DNA from: Eledone cirrhosa
Lineage: Eukaryota
NCBI GenBank assembly: GCA_964016885.1
Contig: OZ024744.1
Span: 108,996,001-109,060,000, forward strand
Length of the DNA stretch: 64,000 nt
Direction of reading: 5' to 3'
Below the pieces are notes generated by a model that ran no database searches, had not been told where the DNA came from, and saw nothing but the letters and a program-made list of their open reading frames with translations. Within the stretch, counting starts at the first letter, position 1. The number at the start of each line of letters is the position of its first letter. This document shows positions 27,097 to 39,893 of the stretch, piece by piece. The position numbers were made by a program, and so were the translations under genes.

Positions 27097-27390
27097 AAGT
27101 TAAAACAATGAAATAAAAAATCAAGTGATTAGAGATATACTTCACTGCTTTACGATCGTTTCTAGATGGTAATAATACATTGTATCTATACTCAGTTATT
27201 GATCTATGTAAGTTTACAAACTACCAGATAGAGAGAATATTTACTTACATGCATATCACCAGCTGTTTCCAAAGCAATAATAATTTTATTCAATAATAAT
27301 TTTACTCAGAATTAGTATCATGTCCATATTTGGAGGTAGTTGAACACTAATGAATCAAATTGTTTTTTTCATATGGTGTTCAGATGAAAA

Positions 27391-27443
<53 letters not shown>

Positions 27444-27451
27444 TATATATA

Positions 27452-27599
27452 ATCATCATCATCATCATTTTACATCCGCTTTTTCCCTGCTTGCAAGGGT
27501 GGGACAGGAACTGATTCTGGCTTGATTTCACATTGCCAGAATCAGTTCCCCGTCCCACCCTTGCAAGCAGGGAAAAGCGGACGTAAAATGATGATGATG

Positions 27600-27600
<1 letters not shown>
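27452..27600. mobile_element. Two SINE A 3' tails fused in inverted orientation
   Basis: CATCATTTTACATCCGC...GATTCTGGC, a short spacer, then GCCAGAATC...GCGGACGTAAAATGATG. Confidence 0.88.
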
Positions 27601-27632
<32 letters not shown>

Positions 27633-27757
27633 AATATATATTCATAGGGTCATCAAACAAGACACCAAAGCAATAAGACTTGGCCTTAATAAAGAAAATA
27701 TTAATCTCTACTACGGTATTGTGCACTAATTCTTGCAACCATCAATACTGAGTATAT

Positions 27758-28103
27758 ATGGAGGCACATGGCTTAGAGCATTGCCCTTGCAATCGAAAGG
27801 TTGTGAGTTCAATTCTCAGACCGGGTGATGTGTCGTTTCCTTGAGCAAGACACTTATTTCACATTGCTTCAGTTTACTCAGCTGTAGAAATGAGATGATA
27901 GGGACTGGTGTCCATATCATTCCACTGCAAAGTGGTCGTGCAGGTGCCACGGCAAAAAAGCACCCAGCACTCACTGTAAATGAGGTTGGTGTTAGGAAGG
28001 GCATCCAGCTGTAGAAATCAAGCCAGCATCAGTTCCCGTCCCACCCTTGCAAGCAGGGAAAAGTGGACGTCAAATGAAATGATGATGATGATGATGATGA
28101 TGA
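27758..28103 (+). mobile_element. SINE family A copy
   Basis: Head TGGAGGCACATGGCTTAG through the (GAT)n tail. Confidence 0.9.
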
Positions 28104-29835
28104 TATATATATACACACACACACATACATGTACATATACATACTTGTTGTGACTGTAGAACAATGAATAAATGTATTGTTCATTTAACACAAAACTTTG
28201 AATTATAATTTGTGTTTCTGTATCTGTTTTCCAGGTCAGAATAACTGTTGACATTTGTAATTAGCTAAATCTGAGCTGTCAACTTTACTCCACAACAGAT
28301 TATACTAAAGTTACATTTCAGTTCTAAGCATGACTTCCATAATACAATAAAAGATCATAGTTGGCGTGTTGGAACTAAACTAAAAAAAAAGGTAGAGAGG
28401 GTCTGTCATAAAGAAATGCCTTGTTCATTTAATTAGAATTGTAGGACTTGCTAGCAATTGTGGTAGTGGTCGTGATATTATCATCATCCTTTTTAGATCT
28501 GCTTTTCCATGCTTGTATAGGTTGGATAGGTCTTTTCCTACACAGCCTTCATCTACTTGATGGATTCTTTCATCATCTCCTCTATGAGGTTTGGCATTTA
28601 GATATCTTGTTTTGTTACTTTTGCACAGATATGGTTTATATTCATCTATCTAGAGCTTCCTTGAAAAAAATACCTGATGGTATGCCCATATTACCAGTCT
28701 GACTAAACCTTCATGCTTACCATACCCTACCTCAATGTGAGTCTGTCTGTAACTTTGTGGTTAGGGTGTTTGGTTCAAGATTGTAAGGTTCTTAGTTCAG
28801 ACCTGAGTAAATATGCAGCATCCATCAGGGTATATTTTCTCAAGGTACCTCCTCGATTTTAGTGATATCAACCATTTATATGATACAAAATAACACAAAA
28901 CAAAAGATATATAAATAAATAAATAAATAAATGATTGAATAAATAAGAGAATAAATGAGGTTGTGGGGCAGTACTTATATTCAAGGTCAATATTTTGCCA
29001 ATTTTCATTAATTTCAAAATTCTATGTAAATAAGGTGCTAAAATATTTTCACTTTGGAGGTGAAATTGGTAAAAATGATGACGTAACGGATTTGTGAAAC
29101 AAAAACTATTCTCTAAATGTCACCTAAAACATTTTATATATCAAAATATTAAAACTTCATAAATATATTCTCCACTCATGAGAATTTCAAAATCACACCA
29201 TCTAAACATAATGTGTTGATTTCCTTCCTTGGCTTATAAACAGGGCTTATATTTCTGCCTATTTCTCAGACATAAAATAGGGAGTCAGCTTAAGTAAACT
29301 GAACAATAAAACATGGAAACATCATTAGCAGATGTTTGTTGGTGCAAGAAGGCATACGACTATGTAATGAAGTTTTTACAATTGAGATTGACTCCTATGG
29401 AATCCAATGGAAAATCAGGAAAAATCAATCGGACTGACAGACAGGCTGACTAGTAAGCACTGAGACAGGCTGACTAGTAAGCACGGAGACAGGCAGGTAG
29501 CAACTCTATAAACCCAGTCAGTCAGTGCAGTACAGACTTCAATATAATATGTGTATGTGATAACTGGGAGTGAGAGATACAGGAAGAGAAGTGGTAGGAG
29601 GACAGTGTGTCTTTAAAATTTAACAGCCTTTATTGATTTAGCAGAAAATATCTAAAAATAGCTTTGTTAATTCAAATGTTTGTAGTATCTTTAAGGTCAA
29701 CACTAAGAGAGAAAGAAAGAAAACTACAGACAAAAATGTGAACTTTTCCCCCTAAATATGTATGGGAAAATTATTTTTCCCCCATATTCTTATTGTTCTT
29801 CTTAATATGTAATTTAATTTCATTATACACTTCTG

Positions 29836-30015
29836 GTGGATTGGCAGTATCGGTAGAGGGTCGGACGCCATGCTTTCCAGCATAGTTACGTCCCTTTACG
29901 ATCTGAGTTCAAATCCCGCCGAGGTTGACTTTGCCTTTCATCCTTACGGGATCGATAAAATAAAGTACCAGTAATGCACTGGGTAATTGCTGGCCTTGTG
30001 CCTAAAGTAGAAACA
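29836..30015 (+). mobile_element. SINE family B with 14-bp target-site duplication
   Basis: TSD ATTATACACT(T/C)CTG at 29822-29835 and 30016-30029. Confidence 0.9.
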
Positions 30016-30240
30016 ATTATACACTCCTGTCATATGAAGAAGACTACAAGCTGAAACCGGTACAAATAATGCAGGAATTCCTATTTTGTAAATAAATGTT
30101 TTGCTGTTATTCTGAGAGAAAATCTCTTTAGCGTTTTCTACTGTTTTTTTCTCTTTTACTATTTCATATATATCAACTCATGTGTCACTTCTCTACACTC
30201 TCTCTCCCCTCTCTCCCCCCTCTCTCTCTCTCTCTCTCTA

Positions 30241-30304
<64 letters not shown>

Positions 30305-31241
30305 GCTTAAAATGGAATGGGAATAAGAAAAAAAGCAAGAGCGGGGAGGGGGGAGTTTGCCTCGTCAGTTGTCTACTGGGGGTCTCGGATATTTCTACGC
30401 TTTAAAGACAAGGGCGTCAATAACTGAATAAGTTATTGAGAAAACGGAGGAGGGAGGGAAGGAAAACAAAAGGAAAGAAAAGAAAAAAACAGCAAAAAAA
30501 AAACAACAAACCAAGCAATGAGCGAGCAACTTAAGGTAATAAAATCCAAGAGGCCAGCAAATTACCCCAGTGTATTACTGGTAATGCATGCATAAATGTG
30601 TGGTTGAGAAATTCACTTCACAACCAAGTGGTTCTATGTTGAAAACCACTACATGCCACCTTCAGCAAATCTTTTCTACTGTAGCCTTGGGTTGATCAAT
30701 CCTTTGTGAGTGGAATTTGGTAGACTGAAATTGCAGAATCTGGTGTGTGTATGTGAGTCTGTGTTTATGTCCATAATTTAGCAGTTTAACCAAGAGATCA
30801 GTCAAAAATGTAGCAGACTTTTTAAAAAAATGTGTTTGTACGTTTATTGTGTATGTGTGTGTATGTGTGAATATTTACTCTACTCCATGTATTAAGGACA
30901 CATGGTTTTGTAGCACTATTGTAACCAATACTGCACACTTACACACACACACACATATACATACACACACACATACACACACACATTTTTTTTCTCCATT
31001 TTAGAAATTGTTGTTTAGCCTCTGGTCAGTCCCGATCCATCAAACATATGATCAAAGATGTTCCAACTGTGACCATCACATTTGTTATTTAGCTACAGTA
31101 TATCTAGAACTATATTGTCCTTCTTTGTTGTTGTTTAGCCCCAGGTTAGACATGGTTAAACAGACACAATCAATAAGCCATTCCAGCTATAGCAACTCTA
31201 TGTTTAAAATATTTTACATCTAGGATTATTATATTACATAT

Positions 31242-31765
31242 TTAACCCTTTAGCATTCACATTATTCTATATATACTATTATATTTTCATGGTAAAGGCT
31301 TTACCTCGCATAATTATCTCACATACTCTATATATACTATTATATTTTCATGGTAAAGGCTTTACCTCGCATAATTATCTCACATACTCTATATATACTA
31401 TTATATTTTCATGGTAAAGGCTTTACCTCGCATAATTATCTCACATACTCTATATATACTATTATATTTTCATGGTAAAGGCTTTACCTCGCATAATTAT
31501 CTCACATACTCTATATATACTATTATATTTTCATGGTAAAGGCTTTACCTCGCATAATTATTTCACATACTCTATATATTTTCATGGTAAAGGCTTTACC
31601 TCGCATAATTATCTCACATAATACCGAATCTATGAGATTTTGAAAGTATTTATTTTGAGAACAATACCTTAACATCAGTTTGAGTGACCAGTTACAGCCA
31701 GTTTCAACAGAAAGAGGTAGAGAATTCTGGCCGGTTTTGGCTGGTTTGAACATTCAAAGTGTTAT
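31242..31765. mobile_element. piggyBac-like MITE containing a 61-bp tandem array (31265-31620, about 6 copies)
   Basis: Starts TTAACCCTTTAGCATT. The unit TATATTTTCATGGTAAAGGCTTTACCTCGCATAATTATCTCACATA... is single-copy in the homologue at 7905-8127. Confidence 0.85.
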
Positions 31766-31958
31766 GTTGTGACTTCAGAGCTATTTCCTTTCTCTTTCTA
31801 GCTGATCATGTAACCACATAAAAACAGTTTTGTTCAATGATAGTGAAGTACATGTTAGTAGTATGAGGTATAAAAATAGAAATTTAAATAGATTTACATG
31901 AGTTCCATGTAATCAATACATTTCTATTGAACCTTTCTGACTTCAGTAACATGGTAAA

Positions 31959-34900
31959 AATAGCAGCCAGATCTCCCTCATATCACATCCTATTGTCACA
32001 ATACAATGCTGGTAAAGGTTAGGTTACTCAGCTTGTTAGAAATAGCAGCCAGATCTCCCTCATATCACATCCTACTGTCACAATACAATGCTGGTAAGGG
32101 TTAAGTTACTCAGCTTGTTAGAAATAGCAGCCAGATCTCCCTCATATCACATCCTACTGTCACAATACAATGCTGGTAAGGGTTAAGTTACTCAGCTTGT
32201 TAGAAATAGCAGCCAGATCTCCCTCATATCACATCCTACTGTCACAATACAATGCTGGTAAAGGTTAGGTTACTCAGCTTGTTAGAAATAGCAGCCAGAT
32301 CTCCCTCATATCACATCCTACTGTCACAATACAATGCTGGTAAAGGTTAGGTTACTCAGCTTGTTAGAAATGGCAGCCAGATCTCCCTCATATCACATCC
32401 TACTGTCACAATACAATGCTGGTAAGGGTTAGGTTACTCAGCTTGTTAGAAATAGCAGCCAGATCTCCCTCATATCACATCCTACTGTCACAATACAATG
32501 CTGGTAAGGGTTAGGTTACTCAGCTTGTTAGAAATAGCAGCCAGATCTCCCTCATATCACATCCTACTGTCACAATACAATGCTGGTAAGGGTTAGGTTA
32601 CTCAGCTTGTTAGAAATAGCAGCCAGATCTCCCTCATATCACATCCTACTGTCACAATACAATGCTGGTAAGGGTTAAGTTACTCAGCTTGTTAGAAATA
32701 GCAGCCAGATCTCCCTCATATCACATCCTACTGTCACAATACAATGCTGGTAAGGGTTAAGTTACTCAGCTTGTTAGAAATAGCAGCCAGATCTCCCTCA
32801 TATCACATCCTACTGTCACAATACAATGCTGGTAAAGGTTAGGTTACTCAGCTTGTTAGAAATGGCAGCCAGATCTCCCTCATATCACATCCTACTGTCA
32901 CAATACAATGCTGGTAAGGGTTAGGTTACTCAGCTTGTTAGAAATAGCAGCCAGATCTCCCTCATATCACATCCTACTGTCACAATACAATGCTGGTAAG
33001 GGTTAGGTTACTCAGCTTGTTAGAAATAGCAGCCAGATCTCCCTCATATCACATCCTACTGTCACAATACAATGCTGGTAAGGGTTAGGTTACTCAGCTT
33101 GTTAGAAATAGCAGCCAGATCTCCCTCATATCACATCCTACTGTCACAATACAATGCTGGTAAGGGTTAGGTTACTCAGCTTGTTAGAAATAGCAGCCAG
33201 ATCTCCCTCATATCACATCCTACTGTCACAATACAATGCTGGTAAGGGTTAGGTTATTCAGCTTGTTAGAAATAGCAGCCAGATCTCCCTCATATCACAT
33301 CCTACTGTCACAATACAATGCTGGTAAGGGTTAAGTTACTCAGCTTGTTAGAAATAGCAGCCAGATCTCCCTCATATCACATCCTACTGTCACAATACAA
33401 TGCTGGTAAGGGTTAGGTTACTCACCTTGTTAGAAATAGCAGCCAGATCTCCCTCATATCACATCCTACTGTCACAATACAATGCTGGTAAGGGTTAGGT
33501 TACTCAGCTTGTTAGAAATAGCAGCCAGATCTCCCTCATATCACATCCTACTGTCACAATACAATGCTGGTAAAGGTTAGGTTACTCAGCTTGTTAGAAA
33601 TGGCAGCCAGATCTCCCTCATATCACATCCTACTGTCACAATACAATGCTGGTAAGGGTTAGGTTACTCAGCTTGTTAGAAATAGCAGCCAGATCTCCCT
33701 CATATCACATCCTACTGTCACAATACAATGCTGGTAAGGGTTAGGTTACTCAGCTTGTTAGAAATAGCAGCCAGATCTCCCTCATATCACATCCTACTGT
33801 CACAATACAATGCTGGTAAGGGTTAGGTTACTCAGCTTGTTAGAAATAGCAGCCAGATCTCCTCATATCACATCCTACTGTCACAATGACAATGCTGGTA
33901 AGGGTTAGGTTACTCAGCTTGTTAGAAATAGCAGGCTGAGATCTCCCTGCATATCACAAGGACCTAAGCTGTCACAATACAATGCTGTAAGGTTAGGTTT
34001 TCTCAGCTTGTTAAATAGTAGGGTTAGGATTTACTCAGCTGTTAGAAATGGCAGAATGCTGGTAAGGGTTAGGTTACTCAGCTTGTTAGAAATAGCAGCC
34101 AGATCTCCCTCATATCACATCCTACTGTCACAATACAATGCTGGTAAAGGTTAGGTTACTCAGCTTGTTAGAAATGGCAGCCAGATCTCCCTCATATCAC
34201 ATCCTACTGTCACAATACAATGCTGGTAAGGGTTAGGTTACTCAGCTTGTTAGAAATAGCAGCCAGATCTCCCTCATATCACATCCTACTGTCACAATAC
34301 AATGCTGGTAAGGGTTAGGTTACTCAGCTTGTTAGAAATAGCAGCCAGATCTCCCTCATATCACATCCTACTGTCACAATACAATGCTGGTAAGGGTTAG
34401 GTTACTCAGCTTGTTAGAAATAGCAGCCAGATCTCCCTCATATCACATCCTACTGTCACAATACAATGCTGGTAAGGGTTAGGTTACTCAGCTTGTTAGA
34501 AATAGCAGCCAGATCTCCCTCATATCACATCCTACTGTCACAATACAATGCTGGTAAGGGTTAGGTTACTCAGCTTGTTAGAAATAGCAGCCAGATCTCC
34601 CTCATATCACATCCTATTGTCACAATACAATGCTGGTAAGGGTTAGGTTACTCAGCTTGTTAGAAATAGCAGCCAGATCTCCCTCATATCACATCCTACT
34701 GTCACAATACAATGCTGGTAAGGGTTAAGTTACTCAGCTTGTTAGAAATAGCAGCCAGATCTCCCTCATATCACATCCTACTGTCACAATACAATGCTGG
34801 TAAGGGTTAGGTTATTCAGCTTGTTAGAAATAGCAGCCAGATCTCCCTCATATCACATCCTACTGTCACAATACAATGCTGGTAAGGGTTAAGTTACTCA

Positions 34901-36015
34901 GCTTGTTAGAAATAGCAGCCAGATCTCCCTCATATCACATCCTACTGTCACAATACAATGCTGGTAAGGGTTAGGTTACTCAGCTTGTTAGAAATAGCAG
35001 CCAGATCTCCCTCATATCACATCCTACTGTCACAATACAATGCTGGTAAGAGTTAGGTTACTCAGCTTGTTAGAAATAGCAGCCAGATCTCCCTCATATC
35101 ACATCCTACTGTCACAATACAATGCTGGTAAGGGTTAGGTTACTCAGCTTGTTAGAAATAGCAGCCAGATCTCCCTCATATCACATCCTACTGTCACAAT
35201 ACAATGCTGGTAAGGGTTAAGTTACTCAGCTTGTTAGAAATAGCAGCCAGATCTCCCTCATATCACATCCTACTGTCACAATACAATGCTGGTAAGGGTT
35301 AGGTTATTCAGCTTGTTAGAAATAGCAGCCAGATCTCCCTCATATCACATCCTACTGTCACAATACAATGCTGGTAAGGGTTAAGTTACTCAGCTTGTTA
35401 GAAATAGCAGCCAGATCTCCCTCATATCACATCCTACTGTCACAATACAATGCTGGTAAGGGTTAGGTTACTCAGCTTGTTAGAAATAGCAGCCAGATCT
35501 CCCTCATATCACATCCTACTGTCACAATACAATGCTGGTAAGGGTTAGGTTACTCAGCTTGTTAGAAATAGCAGCCAGATCTCCCTCATATCACATCCTA
35601 CTGTCACAATACAATGCTGGTAAGGGTTAGGTTACTCAGCTTGTTAGAAATAGCAGCCAGATCTCCCTCATATCACATCCTACTATCACAATACAATGCT
35701 GGTAAGGGTTAGGTTACTCAGCTTGTTAGAAATAGCAGCCAGATCTCCCTCATATCACAGCTTACTGTCACAATACAATGCTGGTAAGGGTTAGGTTACT
35801 CAGCTTGTTAGAAATAGCAGCCAGATCTCCCTCATATCACATCCTACTGTCACAATACAATGCTGGTAAAGGTTAGGTTACTCAGCTTGTTAGAAATGGC
35901 AGCCAGATCTCCCTCATATCACATCCTATTGTCACAATACAATGCTGGTAAAGGTTAGGTTACTCAGCTTGTTAGAAATAGCAGCCAGATCTCCCTCATA
36001 TCACAGCTTACTGCC
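31959..36015. repeat. 82-bp tandem satellite, about 49 copies
   Basis: Unit AATAGCAGCCAGATCTCCCTCATATCACATCCTACTGTCACAATACAATGCTGGTAAGGGTTAGGTTACTCAGCTTGTTAGA. Confidence 0.97.
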
Positions 36016-36497
36016 TTAATATAGGAAACATTCGACAATGTACTGTAAGTATACAAAATAATTAGATAGTCAGATGTACAACAGATATCAGCTAACATAG
36101 TACTGCATAAACATCGGCTGTGTGTTTAATGCTGTGTATATGGTGGATGGTGAATTCTGTAGCTTTATTGTGGTGAATATGCAATAGAAATTGTTTTACA
36201 CTCGTCTATCTTCCTTTTTCTTCTTCTCTCTCTCAAATATCCTCTCTTCTCTCATGTTATCTTCCAATGAAGGACTACTCTCTGAAACGTCAAAACACTT
36301 CTCCACTTTTATCAAGCATTAAACTGATATACATTTATTGCATTGTATTCTTCTCCTCTGTTGTTTTCCTTTTTGACTTCTTTCACGCACGCACGCACGC
36401 ACGCACACTATCACCATTGTTGTTTTAACGTCCACTTCCCTTATTCTTCTCCAAAGAAATGATCATCATCATTATTGTTATTATTTCATTTATCTTG

Positions 36498-36660
36498 GTA
36501 GAGGGTCGGATGCCATGCTTTCTAGCATAGTTACGTCCCTTTACAGTCTGAGTTCAAATCCCCCCGAGGTTAACTTTGCCTTTCATCCTTACGGGATCGA
36601 TAAAATAAAGTACCAGTAATGTACTGGGTAATTGCTGGCCTTGTGCCTAAACTAGAAACA
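36498..36660 (+). mobile_element. 5'-truncated SINE family B with perfect 18-bp TSD
   Basis: ATTATTTCATTTATCTTG at 36480-36497 and 36661-36678. Confidence 0.92.
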
Positions 36661-36678
36661 ATTATTTCATTTATCTTG

Positions 36679-36988
36679 CTTTATGTTCATACGAGTTATC
36701 ACCAAGTCACAACCAGTGATCTCAAGAGACAACAAGGTCCGCCATGTTCAAGCATATACACACACATGTATCTTTAGGTGTTTAGACTTGTGATGTACTT
36801 ATATTGACAGAATCTTCCTTAGTATATGGGCAGTTCCCATTAGTACTATCTTTTGTATTTCTCCTATACGCGGGTTTCCTGGGATTTGCGATATGTAATC
36901 ATTAGACCCCTTAGGTATCATTCCTAGAGCGCCTACAACCACTGGTATTGTTTTAGTTCTCAATTTCCACATTTTTTCCAATCTCTAT
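36679..36988 (-). mobile_element. R4/Dong-type LINE 3' end
   Basis: EKMWKLRTKTIPVVVGALGMIPK...QKIVLMGTAHILRKILSI* is the C-terminus of an RLE-type ORF. Bounded by (ATT)n. Confidence 0.85.
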
Positions 36989-37016
36989 TTATTATTATTA
37001 TTATTATTATTATTAA

Positions 37017-37220
37017 GGGTGGTGGATTGGCAGTATCGGTAGAGGGTCGGACGCCATGCTTTCCAGCATAGTTACGTCCCTTTACGATCTGAGTTCAAAT
37101 CCCGCCGAGGTTGACTTTGCCTTTCATCCTTACGGGGTCGATAAAATAAAGTACCAGTAATGTACTGGGTAATTGCTGGCCTTGTGCCTAAAGTAGAAAC
37201 AATTATTATTATTATTATTA
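37017..37220 (+). mobile_element. SINE family B, full length, (ATT)n tail
   Basis: GGGTGGTGGATTGGCAGTATCGG...GAGTTCAAATCC...GTAGAAAC(ATT)n. Confidence 0.9.
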
Positions 37221-37412
37221 GAGGATTAGTGGTGGGCAAGGTGTCATGGCGCACTCGGAGAGGCTCTGGGCGTCAATGAAGTCGAACTGACCTGTCTGTT
37301 CCGGAGGACTTTCGAGCCAGGGTCATTGCTTAACTTCCAGAAATCCCCCACTGTCCCTGTCTTTGTATTGTCCCCTACATGTCGGACCTTGTGGCCAATA
37401 AATATTATTATT
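37220..37412 (+). mobile_element. Tx1-like LINE extreme 3' end
   Basis: GTCTTTGTATTGTCCCCT...CCTTGTGGCCAATAAA matches the 3' UTR of 13860-14206. Confidence 0.6.
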
Positions 37413-37424
37413 ATTGTTGTTGTT

Positions 37425-37640
37425 ATTTTGTTTAGCTCAGTTCTGTTTCTCTATTGCCGGGTTCAGACCTTGAACCTAGGGCAATAGATGTTTCCATTGT
37501 AGAGAGAGAACTTGTCTGAGAATGTGTGTTGTTCCTAGTAGCCTCATCTTCTGTAGCTCATATTTACTGATCTTGCAGGGAAGGACGCTAAGGTGTAGGT
37601 CTGAGGATTTGGGTATTAATCCTAATGCCCCTATTACGGT
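37425..37640 (-). mobile_element. R4/Dong-type LINE 3' end
   Basis: TVIGALGLIPK...ELQKMRLLGTTHILRQVLSL. Confidence 0.8.
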
Positions 37641-37658
37641 ATTATTATTATTATTATT

Positions 37659-37846
37659 AGGGCGATGGATTGGCAGTATCGGTAGAGAGTCAGACGCCAT
37701 GCTTTGAAGCATAGAGTTACGGCCCTTGCCATTCTGAGTTCAAATCCCACCGAGGTTAACTTTGCCTTTCATCCTTACGGGGTCGATAAAATAAAGTACC
37801 AGTAAAGCACTGGGTAATTGCTGGCCTTGTGCCAAAAGTAGAAACA

Positions 37847-37897
<51 letters not shown>
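37659..37897 (+). mobile_element. SINE family B, full length, long (ATT)n tail
   Basis: Same consensus as 37017-37220. Confidence 0.9.
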
Positions 37898-38071
37898 GTT
37901 TTTCCTTTTCCTTCAGTATTGTTTCTGATATATGCCGAGTGTCTTCCTGACACCTAGGGCAAATAAAGCCACTGTATACCTTGGTAAGCCAGTTAACACA
38001 CCACATTGATTAAAATTTACAGCTTATCATTCTTACAGAGGGATATTATGCTTACAGAGATAGTGCTCTTG

Positions 38072-38121
<50 letters not shown>

Positions 38122-38800
38122 CCACACAAGGGGTGGGGGATATCAATCTTACAGAGATAGTGCTCTTCTCAATACATGTGCAGTACCAATCAAAACAATT
38201 TTTTGCACCTCGTGCAGAGAAGGTAAACCAGGAATTAACCTCAAATACTGTTCTGTTCCACAATCACTGGTTCTAGGAAGGTAAAGACGATCCACATCTG
38301 CTTTCGGGTGGTGCATCCTATAACAAGTCAGTAACTTACGGACTTTGGTGTCGATTCTTTTGATTTCACTCATATTCCAGTTCAACACACCGAAGCTATA
38401 AGTGACAACTGGGACTGCCAAGGAATTTATGGCTAACACCTTGTTACTAGCGTTTAGTTCTGATCTCAGAACTGCACGTACTCTCCTGTAGCATTCCTTC
38501 CTTATCCTCTCTTTCATACTTGCATGCTGAATGCCACAGCCCTCATTAATCCCTAAGTATTTATAGGTTTGTTCCTGCTCAAGTTCTTTTATGACTGTTT
38601 CAGCATCTAATTCAAGTGAGTTTGATTTGTTAAGCCTCCCTTTCTTGAAAGTGGCCTTGTCACACTTATCAAGTCCAAACTCCATCCTGATGTCACCACT
38701 AAATGTTTTTACTGTCCGCAAAAGACCTTCCAGCTCGTCATCGTCTTTGCAATATTACTTTAAATCACCCATATAAAATAGGTGGTTTATTTTCTTGTTT
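37898..38800 (-). mobile_element. Internally deleted R4/Dong-type LINE (RT palm/thumb joined to C-terminus)
   Basis: HLFYMGDLK...FSGDIRMEFGLDKC...YKYLGI...AINSLAVPV...HHPKADVDRLYLPR followed directly by VQKIVLIGTAHVLRRALSL. Confidence 0.88.
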
Positions 38801-38809
38801 TCAATATTA

Positions 38810-39072
38810 TTATCATTTCCATTATTATTTTTATTGCACACCATTACTGCTTCACCGAGCACAGCTCTGTGGTCCTTGGGTATGTGCAGTGTAGTTTTTT
38901 CTGATGTTGTTTCTATTGTATTGATAGTACTTTTTGTAATATGTATGCAGTGCCTAGTAGTGCTATCTTTTGTATGCTGTATATATATGTAAGTCCTGCG
39001 GTTTTGGCTATGTATTTGTCTGTGTTTTTTTTTTATCATTCCTAGAGCACCTATAATTATAGGTATTGTTTT
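38810..39072 (-). mobile_element. R4/Dong-type LINE 3' end, degenerate
   Basis: Minus strand reads TIPIIIGALGMIKK, then LQKIALLGTAYILQKVLSI in a shifted frame. (AAT)-rich tail. Confidence 0.75.
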
Positions 39073-39854
39073 ATTCTTCTTCTTATTTCTATTATACTTT
39101 TTATTTATCTATCTTTTTATTTATTAATTATATATATATTTTTCCCCAATGCTGGACTGTAAAGAGAAGATAATGATCCTTTGGAGGCTGGAGCTAGGAT
39201 ATTTTGAAGATTTTCAAAGAACAATGGAGGAGTTATCGGTTGTTAACATAACTTGGTGAACAGACACTGGCTTTTAGCCCAGTTGTAGGCTTTCCAATCA
39301 CTAATTATAGAACAACTGGCTCTTACAAATTACACTGCACCTCCCTTGTGTATTTCAATTGTGCTGGCAGATGGAAATGAAAGGGTGTAAATGGTGCACA
39401 GTTCTCAGGCAGACAGATGTATACATATATACATATATACATATATACACATATACATATATACATATATATGTATATACATATATACACATATACAAAC
39501 AAATATACACTATGCAGATAGACAGATTTAGAGAACAAGGGATGCATTAGCATACATACACACACATACACTCACACACACACACACACACATATCACAT
39601 ATATATATATATATATATATGACAGAGATAGCTAGATGGATAGTGAGAAGAAGGAAGAGGATGAGTAAGGGGAAAAGAGAGAAAGAGAGGTGAAACATGG
39701 AGTTATATTCAGTCTATTCTGTTATAAATCTGACCTGGCCAATGTTTCTTCACATTTTGGATTCAATTAATGGATAATAGCACAAAATTAAATATAAAAT
39801 GTATTTATGTGTGTGTGCATGCATACACCTCTCTCTCTCTCTCTCTCTCTCTCT

Positions 39855-39893
<39 letters not shown>

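Noticed and set aside
28820-29545. Possible Helentron/DINE-like element with (GACA)-type repeats and a 26-bp duplication
   Set aside because: Termini and terminal hairpin could not be defined well enough to call.
30355-30425. CTGACGA and GAAATATC words on the minus strand
   Set aside because: Wrong order and no consistent stems for a monomeric hammerhead.
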